This document shows positions 9,791-21,480 of a DNA stretch of 64,000 bases, piece by piece; the first letter of the stretch is position 1; each line of letters opens with the position of its first letter. The stretch is from contig CALVKM010000005.1 in NCBI GenBank assembly GCA_944332705.1, forward strand, positions 3,618 to 67,617, written 5' to 3'. The translations under genes and the position numbers were made by a program. The notes under the pieces are model-generated. The model was given only the letters and a program-made list of their open reading frames with translations, ran no database searches and had not been told where the DNA came from. Source of the stretch: an uncultured Bacilli bacterium (GTDB lineage Bacteria; Bacillota_I; Bacilli_A; RF39; UBA660).

Positions 9791-10509
9791 AAAAAATAGA
9801 TTGGAAATTAATTATAATAATTATTTTAGTATTAGTGGCAATTATTGAAGGAATTTTATTGCTAAAAAAAGATTCTAATAACGAACCTTTAAAATCTGAA
9901 GAAAAAAGTACAGTTTATACTAATGATAATGTAGTATCCAAAGTATCAAATGATATCAATGTTGAATCTTTGATATATCGTAATGGTAAATCAATGCTAC
10001 TGAAATTAACTAGTTTGGAAAAAGATATAATGACATCTAATGTAACAGTTACTTTTAAAAATGATAATAATGAGGTCATAAATACTTTTTCAACACCAAC
10101 AGGATTTTTAGTTAAAGATGATCCATATGCCATAAATATAAATGTACCAGATATTACTAATGGTTATGCTGGAGATATAGAAGTAACTATAATGCCAACA
10201 TATTTAAATGAAGAAACATCATTTTATGATAAATCTTTAGTTAAATTAAATCATACTGAAACCAACAATGAAGATAATAGCATAACTATGAATTTAACTG
10301 GAATCAACCCTTTTGAAGGAGATATATCAATGATTCAAGGATTAATAATTTTAACAAACGATCAATTTGTTGTTCAAGTTGCTAATTTTGCTCAAAGTGA
10401 TATAACTAGTGGTAACGAAATAAATATAGATGTTGATATTGCTCCAGATGAAAACGGAAATTTGTTAACATATGATAATGTTGAAATAATTATAAATGAG
10501 CTATATTAA
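9787..10509 (+). CDS. N-terminally membrane-anchored protein of unknown function
   Basis: GAAGGAGG RBS then TTG 9787, which overlaps the upstream TGA. 240 aa with a KLIIIIILVLVAIIEGILLL anchor. Confidence 0.5.
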   Translation: MKKIDWKLIIIIILVLVAIIEGILLLKKDSNNEPLKSEEKSTVYTNDNVVSKVSNDINVESLIYRNGKSMLLKLTSLEKDIMTSNVTVTFKNDNNEVINTFSTPTGFLVKDDPYAININVPDITNGYAGDIEVTIMPTYLNEETSFYDKSLVKLNHTETNNEDNSITMNLTGINPFEGDISMIQGLIILTNDQFVVQVANFAQSDITSGNEINIDVDIAPDENGNLLTYDNVEIIINELY

Positions 10510-10539
10510 AATTGCAGAAAATTTACTGCAATTTTTTTG
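10509..10539 (+). terminator. rho-independent terminator
   Basis: ATTGCAG / CTGCAAT 7-bp stem, 8-nt loop, then T7. Confidence 0.75.
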
Positions 10540-10548
10540 CAATTATAG

Positions 10549-10577
10549 TTGCTTTAAACGAAATTTTATTGTATACT
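10549..10577 (+). promoter_or_regulatory. sigma-A type promoter upstream of the methyltransferase-rpoBC genes
   Basis: TTGCTT, a 17-nt spacer, then TATACT. Confidence 0.45.
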
Positions 10578-10608
10578 AAATATATGTCGGAGAAAAGGGG
10601 ACCTTTTA

Positions 10609-11208
10609 TTGGAACATTATTTTACAAATAACGAAAATTTAAAAAGTGAGATAAGAGAAATAACTTATCAAACAAATGATATTACACTTACATTTTTAAG
10701 TGATAATGGTGTATTTTCTAAAAATAAAATAGATTATGCATCTAAATTGTTAGTAGAAACATTTTTAAAGTATCACTCTAAATTAGATAGTGAACTAGTT
10801 TTAGATGTTGGTGGCGGTTATGGATTTATTGGAATTACACTAGCTAAATTAACTGGTGCTACTGTTGAAATAATTGATATAAATAAAAGAGCAATTCATT
10901 TATGTGAGAAAAATATAAAATTAAATGAAATAAATAATTGCAAAGCTTTTGAAAGTAATGTTTATGAAAATGTATTAAATAAATATAAATATATAATAAC
11001 AAATCCTCCAATTAGAGCTGGAAAAGAGATTGTATTAAAAATACTTATGGAGGCAAAAGAGTATTTAGATGAAGATGGAGAATTATGGTTTGTCATAAAT
11101 AAAGACCAAGGTGCTAAATCGACAAAAAAGGCACTAGAAAAGTGGTATAATATTGAAATAGTGGAAAAAAGTAAAGGTTTTTTTGTATTTCGTGCAAAAA
11201 TCAGTTGA
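10609..11208 (+). CDS. class I SAM-dependent methyltransferase (RsmC/YbxB-like small-domain rRNA methyltransferase)
   Basis: VLDVGGGYGFIGI SAM motif and IITNPPIRAGK (NPP) motif. It occupies the same position upstream of rpoB as B. subtilis ybxB. Confidence 0.8.
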   Translation: MEHYFTNNENLKSEIREITYQTNDITLTFLSDNGVFSKNKIDYASKLLVETFLKYHSKLDSELVLDVGGGYGFIGITLAKLTGATVEIIDINKRAIHLCEKNIKLNEINNCKAFESNVYENVLNKYKYIITNPPIRAGKEIVLKILMEAKEYLDEDGELWFVINKDQGAKSTKKALEKWYNIEIVEKSKGFFVFRAKIS

Positions 11209-11300
11209 CAAATTTCCATTTAGGATTTAGAATTTTAAATTGGTGGTATATTTGTTTTTTTAAATATATAGTCTAAAAAAATTGTGTATGGGGTGATATC

Positions 11301-14300
11301 GTGGCTTATAAAGTTAAAAAATTTGGTGACTATCGTGAAAGAAGAAGTTTTTCGAGAACGAAAAACGTTTTGGAGTTGAAAGATTTACTCGAAATCCAAA
11401 AGAAAAGCTATCAAGAATTTTTGGATGAAGGCATCAAAGAAATCTTTGATGATTTATTTCCTGTTGAAAGCTTTACGGGAAATATTTCTTTAGAATTTGG
11501 AAATTATTATTTTGATGAACCAAGATATTCTATTAAAGAAGCTAAAGAAAGAATGGTAAACTATGCTGCACCACTTAAGGTTGAGGCGCGTCTTTTCGTG
11601 CATGAAACTGGAGAAGTAAAGGAACAAACTATATTTTTAGGAGACATGCCTTTAATGACTGATGCTGGAACATTTATTATAAATGGGGCAGAAAGAGTTA
11701 TTGTATCGCAACTTGTTCGTAGTCCTAGCGTTTATTTCAAAAGAGAAATTGATAAAAATGGACGACACATTATTACTGGAGAATTAATACCTAATAAAGG
11801 TACATGGCTTGAATACGAAACTGATGCTCGTAATGTTTTGTATGTCAGAATTGATAGAACTAGAAAAGTAACTGTAACAACTTTGCTTAGAGCTCTAGGT
11901 TTATCAACAGATGAAGAAATAATTGAAGTTTTTGGTGATAATGAATATATAATAAATACTTTAGAAAAAGACAGTACTAATAATACTGATGAAGCTTTAA
12001 TTGAAATTTATGAAAAGTTAAGACCTGGTGAACCAGCAACCCTTGATTCATCAAAGAACCAACTTATTACCAGATTCTTTGATAGATTCCGTTATGATTT
12101 AGCCAAAGTTGGTCGTTATAAATTCAATAAAAAGTTAAATGTATTAGATAGGCTACAAGGCTTAACTTTAGCTGAACCAATAATTGATGGTAAAAAAGTA
12201 ATTGCTGAAGCTGGCAGTGTTGTAACTAAAGAATTAATTGAAACATTAAAACCATTATTTGCAAATGGCTTAAATGTTCATGACATAAAAATAAATGAAG
12301 AATTAGATGACTATAATAAAGTTCAAACTGTTAAAGTTGTAGATCCTCTTGATGCTAAAAAAACAATTACTTTAATTGGAACAGATGGATCTGTCGATGT
12401 TAGAAGACTTACAATACCTGATGTTTATGCATCCCTAAATTATTATATAGGATTACATTATGGTATTGGTTCAGATGATGAAATTGATAACTTAGGAAAT
12501 AGAAGAGTTCGTCAAGTTGGAGAATTAATTCAAAATCAATTTAGAATTGGTATGGCCAGAATGGAAAGAGTAATTCGTGAAAGAATGACTACACAAGAAC
12601 TTGAAACAGTTACTCCAAAAACTCTTATTAATATTCGTCCAGTAACTGCGGCCCTAAAAGAATTCTTTGGTTCATCTCAATTATCAAAATTCATGGACCA
12701 AATTAACCCAATCGCTGAACTTACCGATAAAAGACGGTTATCAAGCCTAGGACCTGGAGGACTATCACGTGATCGTGCTGGCATGGATGTTCGTGATGTT
12801 AACGCATCTCACTATGGTCGTATTTGTCCAATTGAATCACCAGAAGGTCAAAACATTGGTCTTATCACATCCCTTGCAGGTTATGCTAAAATTAATGAAT
12901 ATGGCTTTATCATGACTCCATACAAAAAAGTTGTTGGTGGTAAAGTAACTGATGAAGTAGTTTATATGACTGCTGATGAAGAAAAAGATTACTATATATC
13001 TCAAGCAACCATTGCTATAAATGAAAATAATGAAATTGTTGATGATGAAGTTATTGCTCGTTTAAATGGGGATACTGTATATGTAGATAGAATGCATGTT
13101 AATTATATCGATGTTGCACCTTCGCAAGTAGTTTCAATTACAACTAGTTGTATACCATTCTTGGAATATGACGATGCTAATAGAACTCTAATGGGTGCTA
13201 ACATGCAAAGACAAGCAGTGCCACTACTAGAAACTGAAGCTCCAATTGTTGGTACTGGTGTTGAATATATTGCAGCAAGGGATTCTGGTTCAACAATTGT
13301 TTGTAAAGCAGATGGTGTTGTAGAATATGCTGATGCTCTAAAGATTGTGGTAAAAGTTGCTAAAGGAACTGATACTTATAATCTTGCCAATTTTGAAAGA
13401 AGTAATGCTTCAAGTTGTATTAATCATCATCCACTAGTAAAAGCTGGTGATAAAGTTCATGCTGGTCAAGTTATTGCTGATGGTCCATCAACAGATGGAG
13501 GAGAACTTGCTTTAGGTAAAAATATGACTGTTGCCTTCATGACATTTAATGGCTATAACTATGAAGATGCAGTAATATTAAATGAAAGATTAGTTAAAGA
13601 TGATGTTTATACATCACTTCATATTTCCCATTATGATATTGAATGCCGTGATACAAAGCTTGGACCAGAAGAAATTACTAGAGATATTCCAAATGTTGGG
13701 GAAGATGCTCGTAAAAATCTTGATGCTGATGGTATTGTTAGAATCGGTACTGAAGTAAAAGAAGGCGATATCCTAGTTGGTAAAGTTACACCAAAAGGTG
13801 TTCAAGAATTAACTAGTGAAGAAAAATTATTACATGCTATATTTGGGGAAAAAACTCGTGAAGTTCGTGATACCTCATTACGCGTAGAACATGGTGCTGG
13901 TGGTATTGTTCACGATGTTAAAGTATACACTAAAGAAAATTCTGATGAATTAGGTGCTGGTGTATCTAAAGTTATCAGAGTATATATAATTCAAAAGAGA
14001 AAAATCCAAGTCGGAGATAAAATGTCCGGTCGTCATGGTAACAAAGGGGTTATCTCACTAATATTACCAGAAGAAGATATGCCTTACTTACCAGATGGTA
14101 GACCAGTTGACATCATGCTTAATCCTCTAGGTGTTCCATCTCGTATGAATATTGGTCAAATACTAGAAGTACACTTAGGTATGGCTGGTAAAAAACTTGG
14201 TGTTCATTATGCAACTCCAGTATTTGATGGTGCAACTTGGGAAGATATTTTAGAAGAAATGAAAGCTGCTGGTATGGCTGAAGATGGTAAAGTTGAACTT

Positions 14301-14903
14301 CGTGATGGTCGTACTGGGGAACCATTTGATCATCGTATCAATGTTGGGGTAATGTATATGGTTAAACTACATCACATGGTTGATGATAAATTACATGCTC
14401 GGGCAACAGGACCATACTCACTTGTTACTCAACAACCTCTAGGTGGTAAAGCTCAATTCGGTGGTCAAAGATTCGGAGAAATGGAAGTTTGGGCATTATA
14501 TGCTTATGGTGCTAGTCATGTTCTTCAAGAAATCCTTACAGTTAAAGCCGATGATATTGTAGGTCGTGTTAAAGTTTATGAATCATTAGTTAAAGGCAAA
14601 GTAATTGATCAAGCTGGTGTACCAGAATCATTCCGAGTATTAGTTAAAGAATTCCAAGCATTAGCTCTAGATGTTCAAATAATTGATCAAGATGATAACA
14701 TCTTAGAATTTAAAGAACTAGAAGAAGATGACGATGATTCTACGGCATTCAGAATAGATGAAATAGAAGTAACACCAAAAGATGTTGAGGCAAATAATGA
14801 ACCGGAGCCAGAACCAGAAATTGATGAATTTGCAGAAGAAGAAAAAGATTTAGATGATTTGGAATTTCCAGGTGATATAGATGAAGGGGATATAGGTGAA
14901 TAA
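11301..14903 (+). CDS. rpoB: DNA-directed RNA polymerase subunit beta
   Basis: 1200 aa with unmistakable RpoB sequence (e.g. [24 protein letters not shown]). GTG start. Confidence 0.98.
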   Translation: MAYKVKKFGDYRERRSFSRTKNVLELKDLLEIQKKSYQEFLDEGIKEIFDDLFPVESFTGNISLEFGNYYFDEPRYSIKEAKERMVNYAAPLKVEARLFVHETGEVKEQTIFLGDMPLMTDAGTFIINGAERVIVSQLVRSPSVYFKREIDKNGRHIITGELIPNKGTWLEYETDARNVLYVRIDRTRKVTVTTLLRALGLSTDEEIIEVFGDNEYIINTLEKDSTNNTDEALIEIYEKLRPGEPATLDSSKNQLITRFFDRFRYDLAKVGRYKFNKKLNVLDRLQGLTLAEPIIDGKKVIAEAGSVVTKELIETLKPLFANGLNVHDIKINEELDDYNKVQTVKVVDPLDAKKTITLIGTDGSVDVRRLTIPDVYASLNYYIGLHYGIGSDDEIDNLGNRRVRQVGELIQNQFRIGMARMERVIRERMTTQELETVTPKTLINIRPVTAALKEFFGSSQLSKFMDQINPIAELTDKRRLSSLGPGGLSRDRAGMDVRDVNASHYGRICPIESPEGQNIGLITSLAGYAKINEYGFIMTPYKKVVGGKVTDEVVYMTADEEKDYYISQATIAINENNEIVDDEVIARLNGDTVYVDRMHVNYIDVAPSQVVSITTSCIPFLEYDDANRTLMGANMQRQAVPLLETEAPIVGTGVEYIAARDSGSTIVCKADGVVEYADALKIVVKVAKGTDTYNLANFERSNASSCINHHPLVKAGDKVHAGQVIADGPSTDGGELALGKNMTVAFMTFNGYNYEDAVILNERLVKDDVYTSLHISHYDIECRDTKLGPEEITRDIPNVGEDARKNLDADGIVRIGTEVKEGDILVGKVTPKGVQELTSEEKLLHAIFGEKTREVRDTSLRVEHGAGGIVHDVKVYTKENSDELGAGVSKVIRVYIIQKRKIQVGDKMSGRHGNKGVISLILPEEDMPYLPDGRPVDIMLNPLGVPSRMNIGQILEVHLGMAGKKLGVHYATPVFDGATWEDILEEMKAAGMAEDGKVELRDGRTGEPFDHRINVGVMYMVKLHHMVDDKLHARATGPYSLVTQQPLGGKAQFGGQRFGEMEVWALYAYGASHVLQEILTVKADDIVGRVKVYESLVKGKVIDQAGVPESFRVLVKEFQALALDVQIIDQDDNILEFKELEEDDDDSTAFRIDEIEVTPKDVEANNEPEPEPEIDEFAEEEKDLDDLEFPGDIDEGDIGE

Positions 14904-14905
14904 AA

Positions 14906-17900
14906 ATGATAGATGTAAGTAAATTTAAAGGAATAAAGGTTAGTATTGCTTCACCAGAAAAGATTCGATCATGGTCTTATGGCGAAGTAAAGAAACCTGA
15001 AACAATTAATTATCGTACGCTTAAACCCGAACGCGATGGCTTATTCTGTGAAAAAATCTTTGGACCAACTAAAGATTATGAATGTAGCTGTGGTAAATAC
15101 AAAAGACTTAGATACAAAAATATAGTTTGTGATCGTTGTGGAGTAGAAGTAACTCTATCAAAGGTGAGAAGAGAAAGAATGGGGCACATTGAACTTGCTG
15201 CTCCTTGCTCTCACATTTGGTTCTTTAAAGGTGTACCATCTAAAATGGGCCTTGTCCTAGATATGTCACCAAGAGACTTGGAAGAAGTATTATACTTTGT
15301 TTCTTATGTTGTAATTGATCCAGGTTCTGCACCTTTAGAAGTAAAACAAACATTGTCTGATAAAGAATACCGGGCTTACTATGAAAAATATGGTAATACC
15401 TTCACTGTAGGTATGGGTGCTGAAGCTATTAAAGAACTACTTAAACGAGTAGATTTAGATAAAGAAATTGAAGATTTACGCGCTGAACTTGAAAATACTA
15501 CTGGTCAAAAAAGAATTCGTTTAGTAAAAAGACTTGATTGTCTAGTAGCATTCCAAGAAAGTGGTAATAAACCTGAATGGATGGTTCTAGATGTACTTCC
15601 TGTTATACCTCCAGAACTTCGTCCAATGATTCAACTTGATGGTGGAAGATTTGCCACAAGTGACTTAAATGATTTATATAGAAGAATTATCAATAGAAAT
15701 AATCGTTTAAAGAAATTACTAGAACTTGGAGCTCCAACGATCATTGTTCAAAATGAAAAGAGAATGCTTCAAGAAGCTGTTGACTCCCTATTTGATAATG
15801 GGCGTCGTGGCAGAAGTATTACTGCTGCAAGTAATCGTCCACTTAAGAGTTTATCTAGCATGCTTAAAGGTAAACAAGGAAGATTCCGTCAAAACTTGTT
15901 AGGTAAAAGAGTTGATTATTCAGGTCGTTCAGTTATCGTAGTTGGACCAAATTTAAAAATGTATCAATGTGGTCTACCTAAAGAAATGGCTATTGAATTA
16001 TTTAAACCACATGTAATTAATGGTATAGTTGAACGCGGTCTTGCTCATAACATTAAGGGTGCTAAAAAATTAATTGATGCTCGTGATGAAGCTGTATGGG
16101 ATATTGTTGAAGATGTAATTACCGAATATCCTGTCCTTCTAAACCGTGCTCCAACTCTACATAGACTTGGTATTCAAGCCTTTGAACCAGTTTTAGTTGG
16201 TGGTAAAGCAATTCGTCTTCATCCTCTTGTTTGTACAGCATTTAATGCTGACTTCGATGGTGACCAAATGGCTGTCCATGTACCATTATCTGAAGAAGCC
16301 AAAGCTGAAGCTAGAATTTTAATGCTTGGTGCTAATAACATCTTAAATCCTAAGGATGGAAAACCAATCGTTACACCTAGCCAAGACATGGTTTTAGGTA
16401 ACTGTTACCTAACCATTGAATATGCGGGGCTACCTAATGAAGGTCATGTTTATAAGAGCCCAAATGAAGCTTTGATGGCATATGAAAGAAGAGAAATAAC
16501 TCTTCATACAAGAATTGCTATTCCAGTTAGCTCATTTAAATATAAATTATTTACAGATGCTCAAAAAGATAAATATTTAGTTACAACTGTAGGTAAAATT
16601 AAATTTAATGAAATCTTACCTGATACTTATCCATATGTTAATGAAGGAACTAAAGAAAATATCGAAGGCATAACTCCTGATAAATATTTCTTACCAATGG
16701 GATCAAATATTCCTGAAGAAATAGCTAAAATGGAATTAGTACAACCATTTATTAAGAAAACTTTAGGACAATTAATTGCTCAAGTGTTTAAAAGATATAA
16801 AACAACTGAAACCTCAATCATGCTTGATAAATTAAAAGATTTAGGTTTCAAATATTCAACTGTTGCAGGTGTAACAGTATCAATTGCTGATGTTGTTAGA
16901 AGTGATGATAAACATGAAATTATCGAAAGAGCTAAAGCTAAAGTAGATAAAATTAATAAGCAATATCAAAGAGGTTTAATAACTGAAACTGAAAGATATG
17001 AAAATGTCATTAGTTCTTGGAATAAAGCAACAGATGAAATTAAAGATGAACTTGCAGAATTAAGTAAGAATAATTATGATAATCCAATTTTTATGATGAT
17101 GAATAGTGGAGCTCGTGGTTCAATTTCGAACTTCACCCAACTTGCAGGAATGCGGGGACTTATGGCTAGACCAGATGGTTCTACCGTTGAAATTCCGATT
17201 ACTTCATCATTTATTGAAGGACTAACAGTATCAGAATTCTTCTTATCAACTCATGGTTCAAGAAAAGGTTCTGCGGATACTGCTCTTCGTACAGCAGATT
17301 CTGGATACCTAACTCGTCGTTTAGTTGATGTAGCTCAAGATATAATAGTTAAAGAATACGATTGTGGTTCTGTTCAAGGTTTAGTAGTATATGATTTATT
17401 AAATGATAAAGATAATACTATAATTGAACCACTTGCTGAAAGAATTTTAGGTCGTTTTGCATCTAAGAGAATTGTTAATCCTGAAACAAAAGAAGTTATT
17501 GTTGAAGCTGGTGACATGATTACTGAAAATGCTGTTGCTAAAATTACTAAAGCTGGCATTAAACGCGTAGAAATTAGAAGTATTTTAACATGTAAATCTA
17601 ATAATGGTGTATGTCAAAAATGTTATGGTCGTAACCTTGCAACTGGTAACTTAGTTGAAAAAGGTGAAGCTGTAGGTATTATGGCTGCTCAATCAATTGG
17701 TGAACCAGGTACCCAACTTACCATGCGGACATTCCACTCAGGAGGGGTAGCCCATGGTGGAGATGCCGATATTACTCAAGGTTTACCAAGAGTTGAAGAA
17801 CTATTTGAAGCACGCATACCAAAAGGTAAAGCAACTATTGCGGAAATTTCTGGTAAAATCATTGGTATTGAAGAACAAAATGGTAAACATCTAATTACAA

Positions 17901-18592
17901 TTGAAAATGAAGCTGGGGTAAGAGAACATGTAACTAACTATAATATGAAAGTTCGTGTTAATGTTGGAGACACTGTTGAAGCTGGTGATAAACTTACTGA
18001 AGGTGTTATTTCACCAAAAGAATTACTTGCTGTAACAGATCCACTTACTGCTCAAGAATATATACTAAAAGAAGTTCAAAAAGTATATAAACTTCAAGGT
18101 GTTGACATTTCCGATAAACATATTGAAATTATTGTTAAGAGAATGATTAATAAAGTTCGTATTACTGATTCAGGAGATACTGACTTTGTTGAAGGTCTAA
18201 CTGTATCTTTAAGAGAATTTACTGAAGGAAATAAACCAGTCATTTTATCTGGTGGAGTACCTGCTAAAGGAAACCCAATCATGCTTGGTATTACTAAGAG
18301 TTCTCTTGAAACAGATTCCTTCTTATCAGCTGCTTCATTCCAAGAAACAACTCGTGTTCTAACTGATGCGGCAATTCATGGTAAAGTTGACTACTTGCAA
18401 GGTTTAAAAGAAAATGTTATCATTGGAAAACTTATCCCTGCAGGTACAGGTTATAAACAATATAGTGATTTAACTATAGAACTTGAAAAAGATGTTTTAG
18501 ATGATGATGCTAGTGAGATGTTAGAAGAAAAACTTATGGATGATGCGGATTTAAAAAATGACTTAGAAGAAGTTCAAGGAGATGCTGCTTAA
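14906..18592 (+). CDS. rpoC: DNA-directed RNA polymerase subunit beta'
   Basis: 1228 aa with the [12 protein letters not shown] catalytic motif and an N-terminal zinc finger CSCGKY...CDRCG. Confidence 0.98.
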   Translation: MIDVSKFKGIKVSIASPEKIRSWSYGEVKKPETINYRTLKPERDGLFCEKIFGPTKDYECSCGKYKRLRYKNIVCDRCGVEVTLSKVRRERMGHIELAAPCSHIWFFKGVPSKMGLVLDMSPRDLEEVLYFVSYVVIDPGSAPLEVKQTLSDKEYRAYYEKYGNTFTVGMGAEAIKELLKRVDLDKEIEDLRAELENTTGQKRIRLVKRLDCLVAFQESGNKPEWMVLDVLPVIPPELRPMIQLDGGRFATSDLNDLYRRIINRNNRLKKLLELGAPTIIVQNEKRMLQEAVDSLFDNGRRGRSITAASNRPLKSLSSMLKGKQGRFRQNLLGKRVDYSGRSVIVVGPNLKMYQCGLPKEMAIELFKPHVINGIVERGLAHNIKGAKKLIDARDEAVWDIVEDVITEYPVLLNRAPTLHRLGIQAFEPVLVGGKAIRLHPLVCTAFNADFDGDQMAVHVPLSEEAKAEARILMLGANNILNPKDGKPIVTPSQDMVLGNCYLTIEYAGLPNEGHVYKSPNEALMAYERREITLHTRIAIPVSSFKYKLFTDAQKDKYLVTTVGKIKFNEILPDTYPYVNEGTKENIEGITPDKYFLPMGSNIPEEIAKMELVQPFIKKTLGQLIAQVFKRYKTTETSIMLDKLKDLGFKYSTVAGVTVSIADVVRSDDKHEIIERAKAKVDKINKQYQRGLITETERYENVISSWNKATDEIKDELAELSKNNYDNPIFMMMNSGARGSISNFTQLAGMRGLMARPDGSTVEIPITSSFIEGLTVSEFFLSTHGSRKGSADTALRTADSGYLTRRLVDVAQDIIVKEYDCGSVQGLVVYDLLNDKDNTIIEPLAERILGRFASKRIVNPETKEVIVEAGDMITENAVAKITKAGIKRVEIRSILTCKSNNGVCQKCYGRNLATGNLVEKGEAVGIMAAQSIGEPGTQLTMRTFHSGGVAHGGDADITQGLPRVEELFEARIPKGKATIAEISGKIIGIEEQNGKHLITIENEAGVREHVTNYNMKVRVNVGDTVEAGDKLTEGVISPKELLAVTDPLTAQEYILKEVQKVYKLQGVDISDKHIEIIVKRMINKVRITDSGDTDFVEGLTVSLREFTEGNKPVILSGGVPAKGNPIMLGITKSSLETDSFLSAASFQETTRVLTDAAIHGKVDYLQGLKENVIIGKLIPAGTGYKQYSDLTIELEKDVLDDDASEMLEEKLMDDADLKNDLEEVQGDAA

Positions 18593-18609
18593 GGGCATCT
18601 TCTTTTTGG
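18576..18609 (+). terminator. probable rho-independent terminator of rpoC
   Basis: AAGGAGATGC / GCATCTTCTT stem with a 9-nt loop, then a T-rich run. Overlaps the stop codon. Confidence 0.5.
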
Positions 18610-18665
18610 TTAATAATTTACAATTATATAAAAATATGATAAAATCAAAATGTAAGGTGATTAAA

Positions 18666-19424
18666 GTGCAAAATAAAAATAAAGCTTGTTTATTAATGGT
18701 AGCGATGATGATTTTAAATTCATCGTTTAATATTCCGCAAAAGAGTAATGCTCATCAAATAACTAAGATTGAAAAAAACCAAATAGAACAAGTACTTGAA
18801 ACACCAAAACCAGAAGATGTAGTTGAAATAACACTTCATAGTCCAGCTCCAACTTCTAATGTTCAGGTGGATTTAGAAAACATTGATATAAAAGAATTAT
18901 ATAATTTAGATTCCGAAACTATAAACCAATATTATGAATTATATGGCTATGAAAAAGCTATAGAATATATTTGTGAACATTATAATATAACATTTGAACA
19001 ATTTAAAGTAATTTGTGCCATTATTATGGCAGAAGGTAATCCAGATGTTACTTATCAATATAAAGAAAGTTATGCTGTAACAAATGTTTTATATAACAGA
19101 GTTCATAGTATATCATTCATAAATTTTGTTGATGCTTTTAATTATTACGACGGTCATAATATTTTTTATCAAGCAATATGTCCTAATCAATTTGAAGTTT
19201 ATCAAAATGGTAATTATTTAAACTTTTTTGGAGTTTTATCTGGAGATAGTTTCCGGGGAATAATTGATATGTTGATAAGTGAAAGAACAATGCATAATTA
19301 TTTAGAATACCGTTTTGCCAACAGTGACATTTTAGGAGAAACCTTTACTCCTAGAGGTAATATTTATTTTCATATTTTAACTGAAACGGATAAATATGAA
19401 AAAGATACTTTACAAACCAGATAA
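18666..19424 (+). CDS. SleB/CwlJ-family cell wall hydrolase domain protein (paralog 1)
   Basis: AIIMAEGNP...VTNVLYNRV...ICPNQFEVY matches the Hydrolase_2 pattern. AAGGTGA RBS precedes GTG 18666. The ORF track extends to 18582, with ATG 18636 as an alternative start. Confidence 0.6.
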   Translation: MQNKNKACLLMVAMMILNSSFNIPQKSNAHQITKIEKNQIEQVLETPKPEDVVEITLHSPAPTSNVQVDLENIDIKELYNLDSETINQYYELYGYEKAIEYICEHYNITFEQFKVICAIIMAEGNPDVTYQYKESYAVTNVLYNRVHSISFINFVDAFNYYDGHNIFYQAICPNQFEVYQNGNYLNFFGVLSGDSFRGIIDMLISERTMHNYLEYRFANSDILGETFTPRGNIYFHILTETDKYEKDTLQTR

Positions 19425-19470
19425 TTTATGATATTATAATCTCTTTTCTTGAAAGGAAAGGGATTATTTT

Positions 19471-20232
19471 ATGAATGAAAATTTAAAACTATATCTAATT
19501 ACGGCATTAATTGTATTATCTGGTATTAGTCTTAAACATTTTGGTAGCAATAAAACCTATAAAGTAGAAGAAATAAAAAGAGAAGAAATAGTTGTTGAAA
19601 CTCCTAGAAGTGCTAGTTCTAATTATGTTGAAAGTATGATATCGACATTAATCACTCCAATGCCAACACCAGAAGTAACTCCAACACCTATTACTTTAGA
19701 TATGTTATCAATTGAAGAATTATATGAATTTCCTACTGAAACTATTACATATTATTATGAAAAATATGGCTATGGGGCAGTAATTGATTATATTTGTACC
19801 AAATATAATTGGAGTTATGATACTTTTGTATCTTTAGCATCCATTGTTTTGTGTGAAGCGAGTAGTGATTATATTGATGGGTATTGGGTAGTAAATACAA
19901 TGTATAATCGAACGATAACCAAAAATTGGGCAGCGGCCCATGGTACTGATATGTATAATCAAGCTATTGCTCCAGGACAATTTGTTGTATTTGAATCTAG
20001 TAGTTATTATTCAGTTTATAATAACTTTACTAGTCAATTTACTGATCCGGCATTTCGGGGAATGATTGATTTTTTGGTTACTAATGTATCTTTACATAAT
20101 TATTTGAATTTCCATGCTAATGGAGTTCCTAGTGCTGGAGAAGAGTTAAGTTGTTCACGTGGTAATGTTTATTATAATGAAATAAAACCTGAAAATTTAT
20201 TAGATGAGCATCGCCGCACTTTAGCAAAATAA
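19471..20232 (+). CDS. SleB/CwlJ-family cell wall hydrolase domain protein (paralog 2)
   Basis: Same architecture as the upstream gene: an N-terminal anchor, then IVLCEASSD...VVNTMYNRT...IAPGQFVVF. Confidence 0.6.
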   Translation: MNENLKLYLITALIVLSGISLKHFGSNKTYKVEEIKREEIVVETPRSASSNYVESMISTLITPMPTPEVTPTPITLDMLSIEELYEFPTETITYYYEKYGYGAVIDYICTKYNWSYDTFVSLASIVLCEASSDYIDGYWVVNTMYNRTITKNWAAAHGTDMYNQAIAPGQFVVFESSSYYSVYNNFTSQFTDPAFRGMIDFLVTNVSLHNYLNFHANGVPSAGEELSCSRGNVYYNEIKPENLLDEHRRTLAK

Positions 20233-20430
20233 TATTATATTCTAAATTTTCTTGGAAAATTCTAGAAAAATTGCAAGTTGATAATGCTAGAGAAATAGTT
20301 AAGAACCAGCATAATTTAGTGGTTAGTTAATGACTAATTGGAATATCATTAATATATTTATGATATTGATTACTTAGTAAAAATTTGCTTTTTTTTCATA
20401 TTTAATATATAATTAAATTGGTGATTACTT

Positions 20431-21015
20431 ATGCAAATTGAAAAAGTATGTGAACCTATTATTGCTGTGAGAAGAAGTCAATATCCTACTGATAATTTAC
20501 CAGAGTTTTTACTTGTAGGGAGAAGCAATGTTGGTAAAAGTAGTTTTATTAATACTTTAATTGAAAGGAAGAACTTTGCTAAAACTTCTTCTAAACCTGG
20601 AAAAACCCAAACGCTTAATTTTTATTTAGTTAATGATTCTTTTTATTTAGTAGATGTACCTGGTTATGGTTATGCTTCTGTTAGTAAAGATAAACAAAAG
20701 AAATTTGGACTTATGATTGAAGAATATTTAAAAAATAGACCAAATCTTAGAAATGTCTTTTTGTTAATTGATTATCGGCATAAACCAACAGAAGATGATG
20801 TATTAATGTATGAATTTTTGAAATATTATAATTTAGATATTACGATTGTAGCTACAAAATATGATAAGATTAGTAAAAATAATCGATTGAAACAAGATAA
20901 GTTAATTAAAGATACTCTAAAAATTAGTGAAGATGATGAATTTATTACATTTTCAACTGTTACAAAAAAAGGCCGTAGTGAAATATTAGATATTTTAGAA
21001 AGTAGGATAAAATGA
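20431..21015 (+). CDS. engB: ribosome biogenesis GTP-binding protein YsxC/EngB
   Basis: [19 protein letters not shown]1 motif, DVPGYG G3 motif, TKYDK G4 motif, 194 aa. Confidence 0.9.
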   Translation: MQIEKVCEPIIAVRRSQYPTDNLPEFLLVGRSNVGKSSFINTLIERKNFAKTSSKPGKTQTLNFYLVNDSFYLVDVPGYGYASVSKDKQKKFGLMIEEYLKNRPNLRNVFLLIDYRHKPTEDDVLMYEFLKYYNLDITIVATKYDKISKNNRLKQDKLIKDTLKISEDDEFITFSTVTKKGRSEILDILESRIK

Positions 21016-21467
21016 AGAAAAAAGGGTTTACATTAATTGAGTTACTAGCAGTTATTGCAATTTTAGCAATAGTTATAACTATTGCTCTTATTAGTGTTAC
21101 GAGAATTAGAGAAAATGCTTTATTAGAGGTTGTTGAAACCAAAAAAGCTCAAATAGAACAAGCGGCGATTCTTTATGGCCAAGATTATCCAAATGAATTT
21201 ACTACTAATGATACAGATTGTAGTGGCAAAGAAATAACTACAACTAATAATGAAGGAAGAGATACAAATTATACAATTAATTTTTGTGTTGTAAAGAATG
21301 CGGGAGATTTAATTGATGGTGGTTACTTTGATAGTGGTTACTTAGATGAAGTAAATGGCAAGCAAGATTTAATTAATGATGTAACTGGTGAGAGTATGCG
21401 GGGAGAAGAAGTTATAATATACCGGAGAAATAACCGAATTTATTCAATACTTATGGAAAAAGTATAG
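21012..21467 (+). CDS. type IV pilin-like protein (prepilin-type N-terminal cleavage/methylation domain)
   Basis: [29 protein letters not shown] with Glu at +5. Its globular part shares the DLIDGGY...VTGESM signature with the N-module of 5328..7634. ATGA overlap with the engB stop. Confidence 0.8.
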   Translation: MKKKGFTLIELLAVIAILAIVITIALISVTRIRENALLEVVETKKAQIEQAAILYGQDYPNEFTTNDTDCSGKEITTTNNEGRDTNYTINFCVVKNAGDLIDGGYFDSGYLDEVNGKQDLINDVTGESMRGEEVIIYRRNNRIYSILMEKV

Positions 21468-21480
21468 AATGGGGGATAAA

